From assembly GCA_016295225.1 (NCBI GenBank), contig JAEDLP010000001.1, forward strand, positions 10,605 through 74,604: DNA of 64,000 nt, in the 5' to 3' direction. Shown piece after piece: positions 56,934 through 64,000 of this stretch (the stretch's first letter is position 1; each line of letters opens with the position of its first letter). This stretch comes from Oscillospiraceae bacterium (GTDB lineage Bacteria > Bacillota > Clostridia > Oscillospirales > Oscillospiraceae). Both the position numbers and the translations under genes were made by a program. Under the pieces are notes generated by a model that did not search any database, was not told where the DNA came from, and worked only from the letters and a program-made list of their open reading frames with translations.

Positions 56934-57155
56934 ATGGCCATTAAAGTTTGTCTGGAAGAGGTGCTGAAGGCCCGGGGGATGACCTCCAAGGAGCTCTGCG
57001 CCAAGGTGGGGATCACCGAGGCCAACCTGTCCATCCTCCGCAGCGGGAAGGCTAAGGGCGTCCGCTTCCACACCCTGAACCGCATCTGCTACTATCTGGA
57101 CTGCGACGTAGGCGATATTTTAAAATTTGACGGAGAATTGGAGGAAGAACCATGA
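56934..57155 (+). CDS. XRE/Cro family HTH regulator (YozG-like)
   Basis: VGITEANLSILRSGKAKGVRFHTL..IC..LDC.VGDIL. Confidence 0.92.
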   Translation: MAIKVCLEEVLKARGMTSKELCAKVGITEANLSILRSGKAKGVRFHTLNRICYYLDCDVGDILKFDGELEEEP

Positions 57156-58081
57156 GGAAACTTTTTGCTCTGCTGCTGGCGGCAGGTATGCTTGTGACTC
57201 TGGCCGGATGCCAACTGGCCAGTGACCAAGGGGAGGCCGCCGGGGATCAGTTGATTGGGGTCTATATTACCACCGAATATCTGGACCTGATGGACATGGA
57301 GGCCTATCTCAACGACCACCTGAATGAGTTGACGGACGGGGGTACCATCACCGCGGAGGGGGACACCAGTGCCTATCAGGATCGGGTCTATGCTGTGGAC
57401 GTCTCTGAGGACCCGCAGCACCCGGACTACCGGTTTCCCGGCATCGAGGGGATCCCGATCTATTGTGTGCCTGTGCCGGAGCCTGAGGGCGACGACTATT
57501 GCTGGACTCCCAGCAACGCACCGGAGGTCTGGCAGTATTACAACTATACGGTGGAGGATGACATGGAGGGAATGGTCATCACAGCGGAGCTGTATGTGTC
57601 CACGGAGGAAAGGCACCACCAGTTCTATGCCAACCCTATGTACCGGACAGCGGAAGGGGAGATCTATATGGTGGGCGGCACCGGGGCCGGTGGGAACATG
57701 GATGAGCCGGGAACCTCCCTGATGCTGACCGTGGAGGAGACCAGCGACATGACCCTCAACGGGAAGACCACCCGCCAGCGGTGCGAGGTCAAGGTCACCG
57801 TAACCTCTGTGTACCCGGTGGAGAAGACCGTCCTGATTCAGATGGACAGGAACAACCGGGTGATCGCCTCCCAGGAATTTCTCCCCGGCCAGGCCCCGGC
57901 GGCGTTTACGCCCAAGGAAAACACAGCCTATCTCGTGGTGGAGACCCACCGACAGAGTAAGTCCGGCGACCAGACCCTGGACCGGGAGCTCTTTGACCGG
58001 GAGGACTCGGTGTTCAGCACCTATCAGGAGGGAGAAAACGGCTTCTTCTGCCGGACGGATACGGTCATTCACTGGACATAA
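57152..58081 (+). CDS. Hypothetical lipoprotein
   Basis: Lipobox LAGC after signal peptide; ATGA overlap with the HTH gene. Confidence 0.8.
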   Translation: MRKLFALLLAAGMLVTLAGCQLASDQGEAAGDQLIGVYITTEYLDLMDMEAYLNDHLNELTDGGTITAEGDTSAYQDRVYAVDVSEDPQHPDYRFPGIEGIPIYCVPVPEPEGDDYCWTPSNAPEVWQYYNYTVEDDMEGMVITAELYVSTEERHHQFYANPMYRTAEGEIYMVGGTGAGGNMDEPGTSLMLTVEETSDMTLNGKTTRQRCEVKVTVTSVYPVEKTVLIQMDRNNRVIASQEFLPGQAPAAFTPKENTAYLVVETHRQSKSGDQTLDRELFDREDSVFSTYQEGENGFFCRTDTVIHWT

Positions 58082-58083
58082 GA

Positions 58084-58121
58084 AAATCCCCAGCTGTTCC
58101 GAGAGGAACGGCCGGGGATTG
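58084..58121. terminator. Terminator between convergent genes
   Basis: AATCCCCAGCTGTTCC/GGAACGGCCGGGGATT. Confidence 0.7.
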
Positions 58122-58127
58122 CTATTG

Positions 58128-58898
58128 TTATTCACACGTTGCTTCCGATTCTTTTGCCGCGATCTCCTTCAGCAGTTTCTTGTCTGCCTTGGAAGACAGG
58201 TCCAGCTTTTCGTACATGTCCGGGCGGCGGTCCCGGGTGCGGAGGATGGCCTGCTTCCGCCGCCACTTGGCGATATTGGCGTGGTGGCCGGAGAGGAGGA
58301 CGGGGGGGACCCGCTTGTCGTGCCAGACCTCCGGGCGGGAGTACTGAGGACACTCCAGAAGACCGTCCCAGTGGCTCTCCTCGGTGAAGCACTCGGGGTC
58401 GGAGAGGACCCCGGGGACCAGACGGCAGACGGCGTCGGCCACGGCCATGGCGGGAATCTCGCCGCCGGTGAGGACGAAGTCCCCCAGGGAAATCTCCTCG
58501 TCCACGCACTCCTCAATGAAGCGCTCGTCAATGCCCTCGTAGTGACCGCAGACCAGGATGAGACTGTCATAGTCCCGCTGAAGCCGCTTGGCGTCCTCCT
58601 GCTTGAACACGGTGCCGGCAGGGGAGAGGTAGATGGTGTGCAGGCGCTTACCTGCTTCGTCGCAGATGTGCTTCCAGCACTGATACAGGGGATCGGCCTG
58701 CATGACGGCCCCGTGGCCGCCGCCGTAGGGGTAGTCGTCCACCTGTTTCTGCTTGTTCAGGGTGTAGTCCCGGATCTGGTGGCAGTCGATGCGGATGATG
58801 TCCCGCTCCTGGGCCCGGCCCAGAATGGATTCACACAGCATGTCCCCCACCACATCGGGGAAAAGGGTCATAATGTGGATATGATACTGAAAGTCCAT
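58128..58898 (-). CDS. trmD: tRNA (guanine37-N1)-methyltransferase
   Basis: VDDYPYGGG, CGHYEGIDER, SLGDFVLTGGE, LLSGHH. Confidence 0.97.
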   Translation of the reverse strand: MDFQYHIHIMTLFPDVVGDMLCESILGRAQERDIIRIDCHQIRDYTLNKQKQVDDYPYGGGHGAVMQADPLYQCWKHICDEAGKRLHTIYLSPAGTVFKQEDAKRLQRDYDSLILVCGHYEGIDERFIEECVDEEISLGDFVLTGGEIPAMAVADAVCRLVPGVLSDPECFTEESHWDGLLECPQYSRPEVWHDKRVPPVLLSGHHANIAKWRRKQAILRTRDRRPDMYEKLDLSSKADKKLLKEIAAKESEATCE

Positions 58899-58902
58899 GG
58901 GC

Positions 58903-59394
58903 TCACATCCCTTCGATGAGGCGGACCCGGAGGTAGCCCTCGTCCACGTTGGTCTCCACCACGAACTCGTCCACGGCGGGGATCATGTGCTCCTGCTTGC
59001 TGCCCTGGACCACGTAGACGTTGCTGGCCGGGGGCGTGAGCACATCCACGATTTTGCCCAGGACTTCGCCGCTGTCGGCGTCCCGGACCTCCAGACCCAT
59101 GAGGTCGGCCAGGAAGAAGGCGCCGTCCTCCAGCTCCACATCGGCTCGGTCGATGCACACCACTTTGTCCCGGTACTTCACGGCGGCGTTGATATCATTC
59201 ACACCCTGGAACTTGACCAGCACGCTGTTTTTGTGGACCCGGGCGGAGGCCACTTTCATGGGCTGGCCGTCAATGTACAGGGTGTCAAACTCCAATAAAA
59301 ATTCCGGTTCGTCGGCCCAGGGCATGATCTTCACCTCGCCGGCGATGCCGTGGGTGTTGACGATTTTGCCTGTTTCCAAAAAACGATTCTTCAA
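58903..59394 (-). CDS. rimM: Ribosome maturation factor RimM
   Basis: GKIVNTHGIAGEVK, DLMGLEV, IPAV; synteny. Confidence 0.95.
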   Translation of the reverse strand: MKNRFLETGKIVNTHGIAGEVKIMPWADEPEFLLEFDTLYIDGQPMKVASARVHKNSVLVKFQGVNDINAAVKYRDKVVCIDRADVELEDGAFFLADLMGLEVRDADSGEVLGKIVDVLTPPASNVYVVQGSKQEHMIPAVDEFVVETNVDEGYLRVRLIEGM

Positions 59395-59546
59395 GGGAAC
59401 TCCTCCTTGTCGCCTTGGCGGCGTACTTTACGCATCAATAACAGAAATCCTTCCGTCACCGGGCAAAAAAACGCAGGATACGCCCAAACGTCGGAAGCGG
59501 GTATAAAGTTCTTTTGGTCCTTTTCTTTCAAGAAAAGGACAGGAAA

Positions 59547-59576
59547 AAATGGCGGACGCAGAACGCGCCGCCATTC
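59547..59576 (-). terminator. Internal terminator after khpA
   Basis: Minus strand AATGGCGG..CCGCCATT followed by TTTT. Confidence 0.65.
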
Positions 59577-59598
59577 TTTGGCAAGCGAACGCTTGCCT

Positions 59599-59829
59599 TT
59601 AGTCCATAATTTCGACGGAAACCTTTTTGCCCTGCCGCTGAGCCACAGAGCGCATCAGTGTGCGGATTTCCTTGGCGATTCGACCTTGGCGGCCGATCAC
59701 CTTTCCCATATCGCTGGGATCGACCCGGAGCTCGAGCACAACATTACCGTCCGATTCCGTCTCCTGTACGTCCACGGCCTGGGGGTGTTCCACCAGATTT
59801 TGGGCGATATAAGTGAGCAAGTCCTTCAT
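59599..59829 (-). CDS. khpA: KH domain RNA-binding protein
   Basis: DMGKVIGRQGRIAKEIR; follows rpsP. Confidence 0.93.
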   Translation of the reverse strand: MKDLLTYIAQNLVEHPQAVDVQETESDGNVVLELRVDPSDMGKVIGRQGRIAKEIRTLMRSVAQRQGKKVSVEIMD

Positions 59830-59841
59830 GTGCCCTCCAAA

Positions 59842-60081
59842 TCAGATGGCGTTAGCCTTTTTCAGCAGAGCCTTGACGGTTTCGGTGGGCTGTGCGCCGG
59901 TCTTGATCCAAGCCTGAGCGCGCTCTGCGTCAACTTTGATAGCAGCGGGCTCCTGCAGGGGATCATACGTGCCGATCTCTTCGATGAAGCGGCCGTTGCG
60001 GGGATAACGGGAGTCGGCAACCACAATACGATAGAAGGGGTTCTTCTTGGAGCCCATTCTGCGAAGTCTGATCTTAACCAT
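59842..60081 (-). CDS. rpsP: 30S ribosomal protein S16
   Basis: [33 protein letters not shown]. Confidence 0.98.
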   Translation of the reverse strand: MVKIRLRRMGSKKNPFYRIVVADSRYPRNGRFIEEIGTYDPLQEPAAIKVDAERAQAWIKTGAQPTETVKALLKKANAI

Positions 60082-60147
60082 GTTACTTTCACCTCCAAAT
60101 GATATACATTGTTTATGGAACCGCAAAAGCGGAAACCATACGTTTAC

Positions 60148-61518
<1,371 letters not shown>

Positions 61519-61523
61519 GAAAC

Positions 61524-61892
61524 TCACTCCCTCCCAAGGTCGTCGATGGCTTCGCTGAGCTGTGCGCAGAGGGCGTTCAGTTCGCTGTCTCCCAGCCGGT
61601 TCCGGTTCAGGGTTTGGATCTGCTCACAAAGCTCTTTGAGCGTTGCCGTGGTGGCCCGGGTGCGGTGGTAACGCTGGATAAGACCGGTTTTTTCCTCGAT
61701 ATCTTCCAACGTCTTTTCCGCCCGGACAATGATGTCCCGAACACCTTGGCGGGTGATATCGTAGTTCTCTGCGATCTCGGCCAGGGACAGGTCATCGTTG
61801 TAGTATAGGTCGTAAAACTCTTTCTGCCGCTCGGTGAGCAAATCGCCATAGAAATCGAAGAGCATGGCCATTCGATACGCTTGGTTTTTCAT
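61524..61892 (-). CDS. ylxM: YlxM family SRP-associated protein
   Basis: LFDFYGDLLTERQ, DLSLAEIA, RQGV; directly upstream of ffh. Confidence 0.93.
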   Translation of the reverse strand: MKNQAYRMAMLFDFYGDLLTERQKEFYDLYYNDDLSLAEIAENYDITRQGVRDIIVRAEKTLEDIEEKTGLIQRYHRTRATTATLKELCEQIQTLNRNRLGDSELNALCAQLSEAIDDLGRE

Positions 61893-62122
61893 GTTTCGGC
61901 CCTCCTGTGCGCGGCGTGTAAAGTTAATTTCCTTTACAACAGTGACTATCCTAACCCAGAGGACGGAATTTGTCAAGAGAAAATTGTATCAAAACTTGAA
62001 ATTTTGGAGAGGATTCCATTATCAAACTTACCACATCTTTACTTTCCGGAAAAACATGGTACAATATTATTAGCGTATTGTGCCCATACGGCACGATTTT
62101 TGACCCCGAAGGAGGAGATCGT

Positions 62123-63406
62123 ATGCTCCCAATCACAGAACGTGTCCTGGCTCCCGGCGTTGTGCTCCGGGCGGTCCAGACGAAAAAATTCAAGACCTCC
62201 ATGCTGGGGGTGACCTTTCTGGAGCCTCTGCGGGAGGAGACGGCGTCTTTGAATGCCCTGCTGCCAAAGGTCCTGCGGAGAGGCACCCAGGCCCATCCCG
62301 ATATGGAATCCCTGTCGGCGGCCCTGGATGACCTGTACGGCGGCGGCATCGAACCGATCATTCGGAAAAAGGGCGAGGTCCAGTGTGTCGGCTTCTGGGG
62401 CAGCTTTCTGGACGACGCCTTTGTGCCGGAAGGCAGCCGCATCCTGGAGTCCGCCGCTGGGCTGTTTGGCGAGATCATCCTCCGGCCTGCCGGCGACGGC
62501 AAGTCCTTCGTGCCCGCCTATGTGGAGAGCGAGAAGGCCAACCTGATCGACAAGATTCGCAGTGAGATCAACGATAAGCTGCAGTATTCCCTGGCTCGTC
62601 TGCGTCGGCTTATGTGCCAGGGGGAAGCCTATGGCATTGATAAGCTGGGCAGCGAAGCCCAGGCTCAGGCCATTACCGGGGAGGCCCTCTATGCCCGGTA
62701 TCGGGAGATGCTGGAGACCGCCCCTATCTACCTTTATTATTGCGGCTCGGCCGACATTGACCGTGTGGAGGCGGCCTTCCGCAAGGCCTTTGCGGACCTG
62801 CCCCAGACCCAGCGACAGCCGGTGCCGGAGACCATTTCCGTGGCAGAGCCCAAGGGGGAGGTGCGCCGCTTTGCCGACTCCATGGATGTGACCCAGGGCA
62901 AGCTGACTATGGGATTCCGGGTGGGCGGCGGCTTCCGTGACATGGAGACCGTGGCCCGGTTCTTCCTGCTCAACGCCATCTATGGTGGCAGCACCAACTC
63001 CAAGCTGTTTTTAAATGTACGGGAAAAACTGTCCCTGTGCTATTTCGCCAGCTCCTCCCTGGCCATGAACAAGGGGGTCATGCTGGTCTACTCCGGTGTG
63101 GAATTTGCCAACTTCCAGAAAGCGGAGAATGAGATCCTGGCCCAGTTGGAGGCCTGTCAGAAGGGGGAGATCACCCCGGAAGAGCTGGAATCTGCCCGGC
63201 GCTCTGTGGTCGGCAGTCTGCGGTCCTCTCTGGACGCCCAGGGCCGGCTGGAGGAGTATTGGCTCAACCGCTTCGTGACCGGCACCAGCTACACCCCGGA
63301 GGAGCTGGCGGCCGAGATCGAGAAAGTCACCCTGGCGGAGCTGGTGGAAGCGGCCCGAAAGATCCGGCTAGACAGCGTGTACACGCTGCGGGGAAAGGAG
63401 GGGTAA
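62123..63406 (+). CDS. M16 family peptidase, non-catalytic subunit (YmfF-like)
   Basis: KFKT, QGKLTMG, SKLFLNVREKLSLCY; no HxxEH motif. Confidence 0.88.
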   Translation: MLPITERVLAPGVVLRAVQTKKFKTSMLGVTFLEPLREETASLNALLPKVLRRGTQAHPDMESLSAALDDLYGGGIEPIIRKKGEVQCVGFWGSFLDDAFVPEGSRILESAAGLFGEIILRPAGDGKSFVPAYVESEKANLIDKIRSEINDKLQYSLARLRRLMCQGEAYGIDKLGSEAQAQAITGEALYARYREMLETAPIYLYYCGSADIDRVEAAFRKAFADLPQTQRQPVPETISVAEPKGEVRRFADSMDVTQGKLTMGFRVGGGFRDMETVARFFLLNAIYGGSTNSKLFLNVREKLSLCYFASSSLAMNKGVMLVYSGVEFANFQKAENEILAQLEACQKGEITPEELESARRSVVGSLRSSLDAQGRLEEYWLNRFVTGTSYTPEELAAEIEKVTLAELVEAARKIRLDSVYTLRGKEG

Positions 63407-63409
63407 GCC

Positions 63410-64000
63410 ATGATCAAGCATACCTACGAACGAATTGGGGAGACCCTCTGGGAGGAGACCCTGGAAAACGGCCTGCGGGTCTATGTGTTTCCAAAGCCTG
63501 ACTTTGGCAAGTGCTATGCCTTTTTCGCCACCCGTTATGGCGGCATGGATACCCGGTTCCAGTTAAACGGCCAGTGGCTGGACACCCCTATGGGCATTGC
63601 CCACTACCTGGAGCATAAGATGTTTGACACCCCCGACGGCGGCAACGCCCTGCAGAAGCTCTCGGCCACCGGCGCGTCCCCCAACGCCTTTACCAGCAGC
63701 GCCATCACCGGCTATCACTTTGAATGCACCGATCTGTTCTGGGAGAACCTGCGCACCCTGCTGGAGTTTGTCTCCGTGCCCTACTTCACGGAAGAGAGCG
63801 TCCAGAAGGAGCAGGGGATCATCGGCCAGGAGATCCGCATGATGGAGGATAACCCCAACCGGCAGTCCTACCGCCTGCTGCTGGAGGCCTTGTATCAGCA
63901 TCACCCCATCCGCAACTCCGTGGCGGGCTCCGTGGAGTCCATTGCCCAGATCACTGCGGATACCTTATACCACTGTCACGAGGCCTTTTACACCCCGTCC
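63410..64000 (+). CDS. M16 family zinc peptidase (YmfH-like), 3'-partial
   Basis: Manual translation MIKHTYERIGE...LENGLRV...GIAHYLEHKMF (HxxEH), NAFTS, KEQGIIGQEI. Confidence 0.92.
   Translation, partial: MIKHTYERIGETLWEETLENGLRVYVFPKPDFGKCYAFFATRYGGMDTRFQLNGQWLDTPMGIAHYLEHKMFDTPDGGNALQKLSATGASPNAFTSSAITGYHFECTDLFWENLRTLLEFVSVPYFTEESVQKEQGIIGQEIRMMEDNPNRQSYRLLLEALYQHHPIRNSVAGSVESIAQITADTLYHCHEAFYTPS

Overview
Gene-dense, GC-rich core-chromosome segment of an anaerobic Firmicute. Gene content and style suggest a gut Clostridia/Oscillospiraceae member; this is inference, not a taxonomic search. It holds about 55 CDS: PBP1A, ACT-hom-lysC, etfB-etfA-acyl-CoA dehydrogenase, glnS, thiN plus a HAD phosphatase, an SLH-GH25 muramidase, NfeD-SPFH, ferritin, DegV, an M23 peptidase, tsaA, a CoA-transferase followed by two tandem NudC paralogs and an HD hydrolase, pyruvate:ferredoxin oxidoreductase, a bile salt hydrolase, proC, malY/patB-ridA, sbcDC, a livKHMGF-type ABC importer, a DUF2975-like/XRE/lipoprotein module, ylxM-ffh-rpsP-khpA-rimM-trmD and two M16 peptidase genes. 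Non-coding and mobile features include a 6S RNA (about 2229-2417, minus) and a decayed IS1182-family element. I found no CRISPR array, prophage, tRNA or rRNA. The best leads are: (1) a hexokinase-fold protein at the left edge, absent from the ORF track, whose catalytic motifs all appear replaced; (2) a leader peptide plus switchable pseudoknot/anti-SD leader before a SAM-dependent methyltransferase; (3) a roughly 200-nt multi-stem 5' leader before etfBA-acd; (4) tandem NudC enzymes downstream of a CoA transferase; (5) two unusually long perfect palindromes. All calls come from motif recognition by eye; no database searches were run.
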